Shown: one piece after another, positions 1-12,236 of the stretch
Numbering within the stretch: position 1 is the first letter of the stretch
How the letters are laid out: every line of letters begins with the position of its first letter
Assembly (NCBI RefSeq): GCF_048593235.1
Contig: NC_133619.1
Location: 637,214,558-637,278,557 of the forward strand
Direction of reading: 5' to 3'
Source of the DNA: Sminthopsis crassicaudata
Taxonomy: Eukaryota
DNA length: 64,000 nt
Translations under genes and position numbers: made by a program
Notes under the pieces: generated by a model
The model's input: the letters and a program-made list of their open reading frames with translations, nothing else
Database searches by the model: none
Told to the model about the DNA's origin: nothing

Positions 1-647
1 ATGCTTAGCACAATGGTATGTCTTGCAATCATTGTCAACTACAGGAACTGAAGTTCATAGACTTCATCTTCTGAATAAAAAGGGGGAGATGAAGAGGACC
101 AGTATTGAATTAATCAGCAAGAATCCATATTGAATTAATCAGCAAGAATCCAGTCCAGTATTACTTGAGACCTACTCTGTTACAGAGAATTTTTCAAATG
201 TATCAGCTCACCATCTCGCTTTCAATTGTAGAGACATATTTGGCACATTCAGGATAATCTTAATGGAGAATACATTCAACAGAAACAAAGCATTTTAACT
301 ATACATTGAATCAAAGACAAAGTTAAGGTAATTACATTAGTATGATAATTTCTGCTCTGTATTGATAAATATCACAACTATTTACAATTCTTTGATGTTG
401 ATGAGCATCACAACTATGCTCTTTACAATTCTGTGTTTATAAGCATCTTGGTTTTGACAATTTAGATGGATATGGATATGCCCTGGAAGAAATGTGATGA
501 AGGTAGCTAGTAATTTTGTAACACTCATCTAAAAGATATATGAACACTGATACTTTGATTAATAAACAGAGATTGCAAAGCATATCTTTTGCCTGGCCTT
601 GATATTCAATCATACTCTTGGTTATTCACTGGAGCTGGACTCCAACA
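1..647 (+). mobile_element. 3' end of an ERV (env tail, polypurine tract, 3' LTR), betaretrovirus-like
   Basis: PPT AAAAAGGGGGAGA at 77-89 immediately followed by TG (90-91). AATAAA at 561-566, and a candidate LTR end GGAGCTGGACTCCAACA near 647. Frame 2 reads ...TEVHRLHLLNKKGE through the PPT, as ERV2 env tails do. Confidence 0.6.
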
Positions 648-1711
648 GGTTTGAGTTATTGTATTTAAGCAACAGGTAAGATGAGAAACCTTACTGGTCT
701 AGGAGCAGGGTCTAGACCCCTCTAAACTGAGGGCGGGGGGCAGATGAGGGGCAGGGAAAAATGCGGCAGAGCCTCCTCCTTTTCCAAGCTCCCCTTGGGA
801 GCTTGAAGATGCCCCCATTCTTCCCAGTTCCTAGGGTTTCCTTCAGCTTAACTGTCCCCACTCTACATATGCAATAATTTCCTAAACTATGTGTTTCTAG
901 TTGCACCACAACCCCCCCCACACCTCATTGGCTCTCATCTATTATTGCTACAGTTTGCTAGTGGGTCACTCGACTTCCAGCCCTTCCTCTCTATAGCTAA
1001 CTGAGGAATTTTCCTTATCATGTAGACCCCCTAATCATTAACTCCAGTGGCTTCCTATGGTCTCCAGTATTTATATTTGGCTTCTTCGCATCAATATGTA
1101 TCTATCCTGTGCTGATGTGTCTGTGTGAGACTATGAGCCTTACCAGAAACCAGGACCCAGCCCTGGGATTACCTCTGTCTCAGGACCTGCTATTTGTCCT
1201 GAGCTCTCAGAGCAAGTGACAGGGAGCTGGAGTGATTGGGGAACAGGTATCTGTTGGACCATGACTCAGCCCTATCCTCCAGTGTCTCGATATAACATAC
1301 CTTCATCTAGAGTGCTGAGTTGGTAAAACATTTATTCCACTAACCATATAACTCATCATAAGAGACACAGCATTATTCATTGATTACTCAACGCAGAGCA
1401 CATCCAGAGGCCTGCAGCCAATCCTAGGTAATTTAAGGAGAGGCAAGCCCCATCTTTGTCAATTTCTCTCTTTCTCTGTTTCCTGTCCTTCCCTCTTTCC
1501 TACTTTCCTCTTTTCCTCTATCTCTCTGTGTCTCTAGATATCTCTGTCTCTGCCTCTGTCTCTTTCTCCCTCCTTTCTATTTCCCTCTGTCCATCTGTCT
1601 CTCTGTCTCTCTCTCTCTCTCCCTCCCTCCTACTTCTCTCTCTCTTTCTGTTTTTCTCTGTCTCTGTCTTTGTTTGTCTCTCTTTCTGTCTCTCTGTGTG
1701 TGTCTCTGTTT

Positions 1712-1716
<5 letters not shown>

Positions 1717-1775
<59 letters not shown>
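1717..1775. repeat. (TG)n microsatellite after a CT-rich tract
   Basis: Directly visible; source of spurious ORFs 1456-1837. Confidence 0.95.
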
Positions 1776-1776
<1 letters not shown>

Positions 1777-2316
1777 TCCAAGAAGGGGTTAGGACAGGGT
1801 TGTTCCTACAAGTCCTTTCAGTTGTGAAGGAGAACAAGGTGAGATAGAAAGGGAGGATGATGGGGTAAGGACTCTGGATCCTTTCTTCTGGCTCCTCTCT
1901 GATTTTGTCAAGTCCCCCTTCATTCCCACTCCTGGAGAATATGGCTTCCTAAGCATTTATTAGCAGACTTGGTGGTGCTTCTGTGTTGTGGCACCCAAGG
2001 CAGCTTCTGGCACTCCATCAGTGCTTGCTGATTGAGTGGGCCAGGCTCAATGTATTTGGGAAGTGCTAATTCCATGACCAGTGCTGGGCAGCCTATATTA
2101 TTTTCTCTCACCTAGACCCCCTCAAACCCAGAAACTATTTATGGATAGAGTCAAGAAGGCTCCCACTTTTTTATTTTTTATTTATATTTCCCCTCTCCCA
2201 CTGGTCCAGATTCTGCCATGCTCAATGCTGATGGCACCTGACCATACCTGGTTCCCCAACCCCCTGGAGAAAGAGTGAAAATCAGAAACTAGAGCAAAAA
2301 TATGGCCTCAAGGACA

Positions 2317-2322
2317 TTTATT
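2317..2322 (-). terminator. MAG polyadenylation signal AATAAA
   Basis: TTTATT on + strand, about 380 nt after the L-MAG stop. Confidence 0.7.
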
Positions 2323-2703
2323 GAGTGTTCCCTCTGTACAGACCCTGGGGCCACATAGGAGAAAGGAAGAAGGGGGATGGGGTTGCAATAAATAACAGAG
2401 ACAGGAACTCCCCTCTCAACTGATGAACAAGGTGGATGGAGGAGGTTAGAGGGGAGTCATGATGTGGGGGGGGGGGAGAGGGCAGAGCCAGGAAATGGAA
2501 GGAGGTGGGGTTGGGAGGGAGAGGCGAGACCACTAGGTCCCCTTCCTCATTCTGCTCCCCTCCCTTCCCTTCCCCTTCCCTTTGCACTCAGAGGAAGAGG
2601 AGCCAGAGGCCAGCCCTAGTAACCACTCATGGCTGTGGCCGGGGAGAGTCTGGGGTAGGGGGTCCTGAGGTCAAGGGTAAGAGGCAAGCAGCTCCTCAGC
2701 CCC

Positions 2704-5015
2704 TCACTTGACCCTGATCTCTGCATACTCAGCCAGTTCCTCTGTCAGGGTGTAGCTATCCTTGGTGGGGCGCTTCCCCAGGTCCACGTGGGAGTAGCTC
2801 AGATCCAGCTCGGGGGGTTCTGCTCGAAGGCCCAGCAGCCTCCTCTCTGCACCCAGGCGCCTCTCACTCTAGGAGGGGGCAAATCAGTTATGGGCCGTCC
2901 CACCCCTTCACCTCCAGCTCAGGGCTTTTGCCCAGCTGCCAAGCATTTGCTGCCCTTCTCATCTCAATCATTTCCTGTTGCTCACTGAGTCAAAGCCAGA
3001 TTCTCCAGTCCCCCCCACCCACTGCCCTCTAAGCCTCAGTTCCTGTTATTCCTCCAAGGGTCACCTGGGCTGCCTGGGTTTCGGGCCTAGCCCCCCAGCC
3101 TGCTTTTCTGGCCCTCAACAGTTCCTTTCTGGTCCCCCCACTTCCAGCGAGCCTTCCTTGATCAAGCCCTCCACCTCTGGCTGGTCCCCCCACCTCTGAC
3201 TGGCCCTCCACCTGGCTGGCCCTCCACCTGGCTGGCCCCCCACCTCTGGCTGACCCCCCCATCTCTGGATGGCCTTCCCCAACTGCACCCTCCTGCACAT
3301 TGGGCAGCTTTGCCACGGCCTTTGGTAGATATCCCCAGCCTTGACCTCCCCTAGTCCTGCCTGGGGGCTGTTGTGCCTCCCTCGTGTGGGGACAATGGCT
3401 CCCCCTTCCTTCACAGCCCCCCTACATCCTTTCACAGCCTTATACATAGGGGACGCTTAGGACATTGTGGTGACTGACAATAAGGACTGAGAGCTCCAGA
3501 CAAAGGCAGCAGTGAGAAGCGACAGCAGCAGCTAGGAGAGGAGAGAACAGGGTGGCTTGTGTCCGGCTCCCGCCCGCCCGCCCCCCTCCTCGTGCAGGCA
3601 GGGCTAGCCTTCAACTTTAGGGATCCACATGCACCCCGCGCACCACACATAGACCCGGGACCCCAAGGGGTCCCAGAAACGGAGACACTGAGGCCACAGG
3701 CAACCTACCTGGGGCGCTCAGTGACTTTCCAGGATAGAGACCTCTTTGGACTATTAGAAAGGAAACGGAGTCACAGTCCAGGGAGACTGAGGGAGAATGA
3801 CCCTCCCCTCCCCCACCTTCAAGCACCACCCCAGCTGCGGCCCCTGCTCCCCGGGGATCCATCCACACTGAACATGCCCAGAACTCCTGCTTTCCATCTC
3901 TCCTCCCCCTCCCCCTGGGTCAGCCCCCCTGGTTGGCTACCTGCTCTCGACTTGCCCTGCCACCCCTTGTGCCCCTCCCCCACTGTTGCTCCCTAGTTCT
4001 CACCTCAGATTTCTCTGGCACCCCTGGAATGCGGAAGTCGCTGCTGAACAGAACTGGGGGATTCTCCCCACCTGCAAAGCTGGGGCTCTCAGCCATGTTC
4101 TTCCTATGAGGGCAGTACCCATCAGGCCCAGCGGGAACCCGGGGGTCTCCAGTCCCTGGCCCTCTTGCCAGGTTCTGATCCCACACCTATTCTCAGAGCT
4201 AGAACTAGGAGGGGGCATTTCGGCGGGGGGGAAAAAACACTCGGGGACATAGATGTAGCCGTCCCATCGGGCTCAGGGGTTGGGCTGGGCTGTCAGAAAA
4301 GGGATCACAGCAATAGCATCCTTGGTGAGGGGGGACGTTGGGTTGTTCTATGTGCGGCTGAAGTGGGGGAGACCATGAAACAGTAAGCAGAGGGGTCCGT
4401 CAGTGTCCTGGGGGCAATGTCTCCTCCTAATTACAGCCCTGCCTGGCTCAATGGTCCCCTCCGGAAGCCAGGCCATTCAGCTTACAGGAAATAGCCTGGC
4501 ACCTCCCAGCCCAAAGCCTTGGTCTGCTGCCCAGCCAGTCTGCACCCCATCCTGGCCTGCGTCGGTCCCCTTTCCTCAGCCGGGACTCTGGGGAAATTCA
4601 CCCTGTGATAGAGCGAGCTCTCAGTCCTCTGCTTGGAGATTGGGAGCATCCATTTGGATTCCCTTTGGTCATTTCCCAGGACCTGAGACGGCCTGGCTGC
4701 CTTAGGCCATCCTCCCTCTCCCCCTGGTGGTAAGGGTTGAGCAGAACAGAGAACTTTGTGCTCTCAGCTCCAGCCCCCCAGAGGCTCCACCCTTCTGAAC
4801 TCTTTCCCAGCCCAGTTTTCTGCCCTGACCTGATTCCCAAGCCTCAGTGACCGGGAACCGCTAGCCAGTAAAATCCCGGAGGAAGTCGTTGGGTTTGGAA
4901 CTTGGACAATCACTTTCTTAGGCCAGATTTTAAGGGTAAGAATTGCAAATATAAAGACTGCAATCAAGTTTTCTTGGGCACTGTCCCTAACTTCCTCCTC
5001 AAAGTCAATGGCTAA

Positions 5016-5085
<70 letters not shown>

Positions 5086-8000
5086 GAATGAATAAATAAG
5101 CAAATAAACGAATGAATAAATAAGCAAATGAATGAATAAGCAAATAAATGAATGAATAAGTAAATAAATGAATGAATGAATAAGTAAATAAATAAAGTCA
5201 ATGGCAAATGTAAACATCCTAAGGTTAGATTTTGTTTTGGTTTTGTTTAGCTAATTGCTATAACTCGAGTCGCCCTTTTAGTAAATGTCTGAAGCTGGAT
5301 TTATCCCACATGCCTTATCCACAGTACAACCTCGCAGCCCCTAGGAACACATTTTCATTTTGGTTTTGGGTCCCTATTGCCCAGCGCCTATCTTAATGCC
5401 CCGCAGGTGCTTAAAAAGCCTAGTTGAATGTTTGGGATTTCTGGATTAAGGGTGTGAAATCTTCCCTTGGTGACAACTCCACAGTTGAGCGTTGACTGGA
5501 TTTATTTTTGTGGATTTCCCCAAGGGAGCTCCCCAAGATCAGGCTTTTCCTAAGGCTATTTTTTCTCCTCCTACTTCCCTCCTAACAATGTACAGCATGT
5601 ATAGGGGCCTTCATGAGAAAATTACTACCATCATCCCCTGTTTCCAAACCTCCCAGAAGTCACCACCACCCTGCCCTGGACAGGATTGTGGGAGCAGCAA
5701 GTCTATGTCCCCATTCCAGCTCTGACAGAAGCATGGAGGCAGTGAGTCACTGCTCCCTCTGCCCCAGCCTTGGACAGGAGCATGGGGGCACCGAGTCTAT
5801 GCCCCCGTCCCAGTCCGGCACAGGATTATGGGGGCACGCGTCTATGCCCCCGTCCCAGTCCGGCACAGGATTATGGGGGCACCGCGTCTATGCCCCCGTC
5901 CCAGTCCGGCACAGGATTATGGGGGCACGCGTCTATGCCCCCGTCCCAGTCCGGCACAGGATTATGGGGGCACCGAGTCTATGCCCCCGTCCCAGTCCGG
6001 CACAGGATTATGGGGGCACCGCGTCTATGCCCCCGTCCCAGTCCGGCACAGGATTATGGGGGCACCGAGTCTATGCCCCCGTCCCAGTCCGGCACAGGAT
6101 TATGGGGGCACCGCGTCTATGCCCCCGTCCCAGTCCGGCACAGGATTATGGGGGCACCGCGTCTATGCCCCCGTCCCAGTCCGGCACAGGATTATGGGGG
6201 CACCGAGTCTATGCCCCCGTCCCAGTCCGGCACAGGATTATGGGGGCACCGAGTCTATGCCCCCGTCCCAGTCCGGCACAGGATTATGGGGGCACCGCGT
6301 CTATGCCCCCGTTCCAGCTCTGGCAGAAGCCTGGGGGCACCGAGTCACTGACCCCTCCGCCCCAGTCCCGGACAGGATGGCGGGGGCACCGAATCTCCGC
6401 CCCGACCCCCACCCCGGCCCGGCCCCAGCACTCTCACTTCCTGCGGGTCTGGGTGATGTAGCATACAATGGCGATGAGGATGGCAAAGGCAACCACGGCT
6501 CCCACGGGCCCGATTTTGGCCCACATCAGTCGGTCTAGAGCCGGGAGAGAAGCAGACAGCCCCGCAGCGGGTCAGGGAGGAAGGGAGGGAGGGAGGGGGC
6601 AGGGGCGGGCGAAGGGCGGGAGCTGAGGTCCCGGGAGAGGAGCGGGGAGCGGGGGGCGCCCCTCCCCCACCTCCCAGCGCCACCCGGCCGGCTTACTCAC
6701 TGGCTCCCTGGAAGGGCAGCTCCAGGGTCTTGGTGCCGTAGAGATTGCGAGCCGAGCAGACGACGCGGGGCGGGGCTTGCACCTGCCCCCGGAGGGTGAG
6801 GATGCTGGTGAGCACGAGCCCCGTGCGCTCCGAGTACACGAACTCCCGCTCCGTCTCGTTCACCGTCACGTTGCGAGAGGGCAGCTCGAAGGCCACCGCC
6901 GGCTCTGGGTTCGACTTGACGGCACAGACGCACTGCACCATGTCCCTGACGGCCGCGCAGTGGGAGTCCAGAAGGATCACGGGAGCGACTGCAAAAGGGG
7001 CGCCGGAGCCTCGCTTAGCGGCTCCTCCTCGGCAGACCAGGCCTCCGAGCCGCCCCTGCCTCGTCCCCCAGGGCGCACGGAGCCCGGACCACTTCCTGGG
7101 CCGTCCTGCCTCCACTCGCTCCCCCCAGCCCCGAGAAGGTCACCCTGATACCGCTTCTGCCTCCATTTCCTCTCCTTGTCCATCGGACAAAGTCACAGCC
7201 TCGGGGCTGGAAAGCTCTGGACCGTACGGGTCATCCAAATCCGCCCCTTTTACACGTGAAAAATCCAGAGCTAGGAGAAGTCCGAACCATACTTAAAGCC
7301 CTCCTTATGGCCTCCACTTGAATTCGTTGATTGGAATCAGGACAAATGTAAGTTCTCTGTGCTGATTTGCAAGGGAACAGGGACAGAGACAATCACCTCA
7401 GTTTTACCTAGGGGACTTATTCACTCCCCTGCTCTGGAAGCTTCCGTGGCTCCCTATTGCCTCCAGGATAAAAGATTCTTAGGAGAGGCTTTAAAGCCCA
7501 GTTTGGCCCCAAGTTGCCTTTCCAGACTAATTCCACAAATCCAGAATCTCTACTTTATACTGGCTGCCCTTCATGCTTGGAATGAACTCATTCTTCAGCT
7601 TCACACCTTAAATTTTTTTTTCTTTCCCTGAGGCTGGGGTTAAGTGACTTGCCCAGGGTCACACAGCTAGGAAGTGTCTGAGACCAGAGATTTGAACTCT
7701 GGTCCTCCTGAATTCAAAGCTGGTGCTCTATCCGCTATGCCACCTAGCTGCCCCCAACCTTAGAATTTTTCAAGACCCATATCGGGTACCTCCAGGAGGC
7801 CTTTCCCCACTGCTCTAGCTCTTAGCCCCCCTTCTCTCCCCCTCAGGTGGTCTCTTATTTACTTTTTCCTTATAAACACTCCAGCCCTCTCTGTGTGGTG
7901 GACTGTAAGCTGCTTGCAGCCTGGGAGTGCTTTCCTTTGGGGCTCTGCACTCCGAATGCGGGAAGTGTTAGAGCTCCCTGGTCTGTCCTGGACGTCTCAT

Positions 8001-8458
8001 CTGAGCAGACAGACCAGTAAGACTGGAGGGGGCCTGAATCAGGCAGGGACCATCCCCACATGCCCAGGTGCTGGGGCAGCAGGGAGGGAAGGGAAGCTGA
8101 AAGGGAGGGGGCACTCACACTCCACGGAGATGTTGAAGGCGCTGGCTCTCTGGCCGTACTGGTTTTCAGCCACGCACCAATATTCCCCATCATCCTCGGC
8201 GGTGACAGCCGGCAGCTCCAGCAGCAGCTGGCTCTCATAAATGACTGTGGCCAGAATCTGCTTCTCCTTGAAGATGGTGAGAATGGGGTCTGGATTGCTC
8301 TGTGTGGAGCAGAGGATGGACACGGCTTCGCCCTCCACAGCTACCACGGTCCCGTTCACCGAAGGTTTCCAGGGAGCATCTGAGAGGGGCAGAGAAGGAA
8401 TATGGGACATGGCAGCCGAGGGAGAGCTGGAGATCTGGGATTCTCTCCCAATTCCATC

Positions 8459-8497
<39 letters not shown>

Positions 8498-11400
8498 ACT
8501 TACATCTACTNNNNNNNNNNNNNNNNNNNNNNNNNNNNNNNNNNNNNNNNNNNNNNNNNNNNNNNNNNNNNNNNNNNNNNNNNNNNNNNNNNNNNNNNNN
8601 NNNNNNNNNNNNNNNNNNNNNNNNNNNNNNNNNNNNNNNNNNNNNNNNNNNNNCCCGTCCTCACCTTGTCCAGATCCCAAATGCTAATTTAGTGCCTAAT
8701 TATAAGATCACCACAAACCTAACCTGCCATCCCAGTGCCCGGCCCTATTCTATAATACTGGCTTTGTCTCTGGCTCCTTCTGTTCTGACCATTGTCATTC
8801 AGCTCCAGTACAAGCCTGGTCTCATTCTTTACTTTCCTCAGAAAACCCATGAGCTCAGGGATGAGCCAATCCCCAACGCTCCCCAGAGAGGAACTGGTGA
8901 GTTCAGCTGGCCTCTCTCTGTTCATCTCCCGGTCCTCCCTCCCCATGCCCAGGGTGAGCGAGCGCCGGAGAGTCACTTACACATGACGCTGAGGCCCACG
9001 GTGTGGTTGTCCTGCCCATAGGCATTCTCAGCCAAGCAGGCATAGATGCCGTCATCCTGAGGGGTCAGGTCCTCCAGCTCCAGGGTCAAGCTCCTGGCCA
9101 CAGCCTCCCTGAGTACAGCCCCGTCCCTCATCCAGGTCAGCAGAGAGGTTGGGTTACTGTCAGCCCCACAGAGCAAGCTCACCTGTGACCCCTCAATGGC
9201 CTCCACGGAGGTATTCATCTCCACGATTAAAGGGGGGTCTGAGAGCAGGGACAGACACCAAGAACTTTCAGGAGACTCAGGCACTTTTTTTACCAAAGGT
9301 CTCACTTTTTTCCCACACATCCAATGGGTTAATCCCACTATTATTCTCCGAGACCCCAGGTATCTTTACCTCTCCCCGCACCCCCCCAGGGCCCTGAAAT
9401 TCATGGGAAAGCCTTCAGACTGATACCTCTGCACCCCTCGAGGCTCAGGAGTCTGCCCTCCCCACCTCAGGCTCTGTTCCCAAGCTCACATTTGATGTCC
9501 AAGCTGGCGTAGCCCTCATATTGGAAGGTGGTGTTGGGGAAGGTGACCTGGCAGCCGAGCCTGTGCCCATTGGCCTCTCGAGTGGGCACAAAGTGCAGCA
9601 GGGATGTCTGCACCCAAGTACCGCCATCTTCCCGCATTCTGCCCAGCACGGCCGGGGCCCCCAGGCCGTCATGGCCCAGCCAGCTGAGCGTTGGGTGCAG
9701 CTCGGGGCAGTTATCGGGCACCATGCAGCTGATCTCCACTTCCGTGCCTGCCACCACCTCAGGGGGCACCGCAATGCTGGGAGAATCTGTCCAGGGTTGG
9801 GGGAGTCAGCAATGGAGGCACCCATAACTTTTCTCCTATTATCCTGACAAACGTTCTTCCCCTTCTTTCCTTGTTCATATGCCTACCCCTCCCTAAAAAC
9901 CGACACCCCTTCATTCACCGATCCCTAACTTATATAGCATAATATTCTCATTCATTATCCATTCACTGTTTTTTGGTTCAATGCTTCCGCCATTTTGTCC
10001 TGAGTGGAGACCTATATTCGTATTAATTTGCCTGCTATCTTCTTTCACACAACACCAGGGCACACATTCCCATCTCCACTGGACTGGGACCACATATAAT
10101 TATCCGTGTAGAGGCTTGGAAATCTGTCACTTGGCCACAGTGATGGCAATGGCCATGAAAACATGAGCTTAAAGGAATCTGGATATAGGAGCACAACTAG
10201 GAGTCATGTGGCTCTAAGGGTGAGCTTAGCTTGACCACTAGAACCTCTCTTCTTCTCCCCTCCCTGCACCTTCCCTCAATTCTTTTGAGATTCTGGGATT
10301 GGCAAGTAAGTGGTCTGAAGCTGGTGAATTGGGTGGGAATCGATGAAAGAAGGCTGGGAATGGAGCCCTGTGGGTAGGCGGACACAGGGAAAGGGCGTGG
10401 GTGGGGGTCTGGACCTGGTAGCAGGAAGTCCTGCCTCGAAATGCTTCCTAGCTGAGGATCAGCTGAGGTCCCCAGTCTGTTTTCATGACTCCTGACCCCC
10501 ATTAGAAGGGAGATTCTTAAGAAAAAGAGCTTTCCTTCTTCCTATCCCCAGTGCACTGCTTGGTATGCAGTAAGCACTTAAATGATGCTCATTTGACTGA
10601 CTGACCCATTTTCTTCACCAACACAATCCCTGCTGATTTTCTTTGAGTATAATTATACATGACTCCAGTCCAGTCTAGAGGGAATTTCACAGACTGGTCC
10701 TTCTGTCACGGTGGGGGGGGTGTGTGGGGGAGACATCAGCCTTCATCACCTTGATGCAGGTACACGAGGGACCTGGCCCTTCTGCTTCTTTCTCCCTTTC
10801 TATGATGGAGGATCTATCCCAAAAACTTATGATAAGGCCTTGGGCGACCATAACATGCTCTACATGGGCTAGTTATTATCACTATTATCACTATTTGGCC
10901 AAACCTTCTGTGATTAGGAGTGACAGGAAGGCATGGTGAATAGGATTTGGGAACTGAAGGAAAACTTAGGGATCATGGGAAGAAAATCATTCCAACTCTC
11001 CTCTTAGGCCTCAATGGATAAAAGCAGGTCCCTGGGCTCCCTCCATCTTTGGGCGAGGACCCCAGAATTTCCTTCTGGCCCCAGCCCCCCAAACTCAGAT
11101 GACCCAAGCCTGCAGAATCCCACATGGGTTACTCACTGATGATGTCCAGCGTGCTGTGCTCAGAGAAGGTATACTGATTGTACCCTCCCAGGTCTGCTCG
11201 GAAGTAGTACTTGCCCCCTAGCTCTGGGCTGAGGTTTGTGAGTTGCAGGGTGCAGTTTCGGAGACCCAGGTCTCCAAGGAGCCGACTTCGACCCTGGAAG
11301 CTCTCGTGGACAACGTGGGTCCGGGATTTGAAGACCACCGGTGGGTAGTTCTTGGGGTAGGGACTGTTGAAGTACCAAACGCCGTGGATCACAGCAGGCC

Positions 11401-11978
11401 GCAGCTCATCGGGAAAATCGAATCGGCACGGGATGGAGACGCAGGTCTCTCGAAGGCTGAGATGGTGGAGGGCATCCAGGCCCCCCACTGACCGCCCCTT
11501 GAGGCTTCAGAGAGGAGATACAGGCTGTAGATAGAGGGAGGCCCACCTCTACCCTTCCTAGGACTCAGGCNNNNNNNNNNNNNNNNNNNNNNNNNNNNNN
11601 NNNNNNNNNNNNNNNNNNNNNNNNNNNNNNNNNNNNNNNNNNNNNNNNNNNNNNNNNNNNNNNNNNNNNNNNNNNNNNNNNNNNNNNNNNNNNNNNNNNN
11701 NNNNNNNNNNNNNNNNNNNNNNNNNNNNNNNNNNNNNNNNNNNNNNNNNNNNNNNNNNNNNNNNNNNNNNNNNNNNNNNNNNNNNNNNNNNNNNNNNNNN
11801 NNNNNNNNNNNNNNNNNNNNNNNNNNNNNNNNNNTCAGGGACCTAGCTATCTTCCCCACCCCCTCCATCCCTATCCCCATCCTAAAGCCTTAACCCATCT
11901 TATCATCCCCATTTCCCTTTACCTGCATTTACCTGCAATCATTATCCAAAAGAGAGGCAGGGCAGTGAGGTACCTCAT
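2704..11978 (-). CDS. MAG: Myelin-associated glycoprotein (Siglec-4), L-MAG, with an apparent 1-nt frameshift in the Ig1 exon
   Basis: Coding exons 11978-11933 (MRYLTALPLFWIMIA), 11504-11137 (Ig V-set), 9786-9490, 9238-8981, 8379-8119, 6988-6701, 6534-6438 (TM, RLMWAKIGPVGAVVAFAILIAIVCY), 4103-4004, 2868-2704 (ends EYAEIRVK*). All GT/AG. Total 1880 nt, one short of the 1881 needed for 626 aa plus stop. Confidence 0.97.
3718..3750 (-). CDS. MAG: S-MAG alternative cassette exon (SKEVSILESH*), whole exon 3750-3709
   Basis: TTTCTAATAG acceptor, in-frame TCC AAA GAG GTC TCT ATC CTG GAA AGT CAC TGA, donor CAG|GTAGGT. Gives a 582-aa S-MAG once the frameshift is corrected. Confidence 0.9.
   Translation of the reverse strand, partial: SKEVSILESH
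5017..5195. repeat. (GATA)n followed by (ATAA/ATGA)n compound microsatellite
   Basis: Directly visible in a MAG intron. Confidence 0.95.
5782..6312. repeat. 45/46-bp minisatellite, 12 copies, in a MAG intron
   Basis: Unit ATGGGGGCACCGAGTCTATGCCCCCGTCCCAGTCCGGCACAGGATT starts at 5782, 5828, 5873, 5919, 5964, 6010, 6056, 6102, 6148, 6194, 6240, 6286. Degenerate copies flank it. Confidence 0.95.
7633..7754 (-). mobile_element. Marsupial core-SINE (WSINE1/SINE1-like)
   Basis: TTAAGTGACTTGCCCAGGGTCACACAGCTAG core and tRNA-like head ...GCCACCTAGCTGCCCC, reversed. Confidence 0.75.
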
Positions 11979-12164
11979 GGTGCTCCCCAGGACCAACTGG
12001 GGGGGGCAGCAGCTGAGGATTGGAGAGGAAAGAGTTATAGGGAGGCGTGGGGGGGGCAGGAGAGAAGGAGCACAGATTGAGCACCTACTATATGCAAGGC
12101 TTACACAGGCAGAGGCAGAGTGGAGGAAGCATGGGGGGGGAGGGGGAGAGACGGGACGGCACAC

Positions 12165-12236
12165 CTTGCCTTAGAGATCAGCTCTTTGCTGGGTCCTTGC
12201 AGCCGCCTGAAGGATCTCCTCTATTCCAGCCCGAAG
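12165..12236 (-). other. MAG: Probable MAG 5' non-coding exon 2
   Basis: GGCGGCTGCAAGGACCCAG resembles my recollection of the human MAG 5'UTR. Donor AAG|GTGTGC at 12164. Acceptor ambiguous (exon start 12220 or 12236). Confidence 0.4.

Noticed and set aside
5782-6312. CRISPR-like appearance of the palindromic 46-bp repeat (also considered for the 159-bp and 16-bp arrays)
   Set aside because: No unique spacers, no cas genes, and mammalian intronic context. These are ordinary tandem repeats.
5613-6538. Long ORFs (282, 236, 193 aa) over the minisatellite
   Set aside because: Stop-free only because of the repeat; antisense within a MAG intron.
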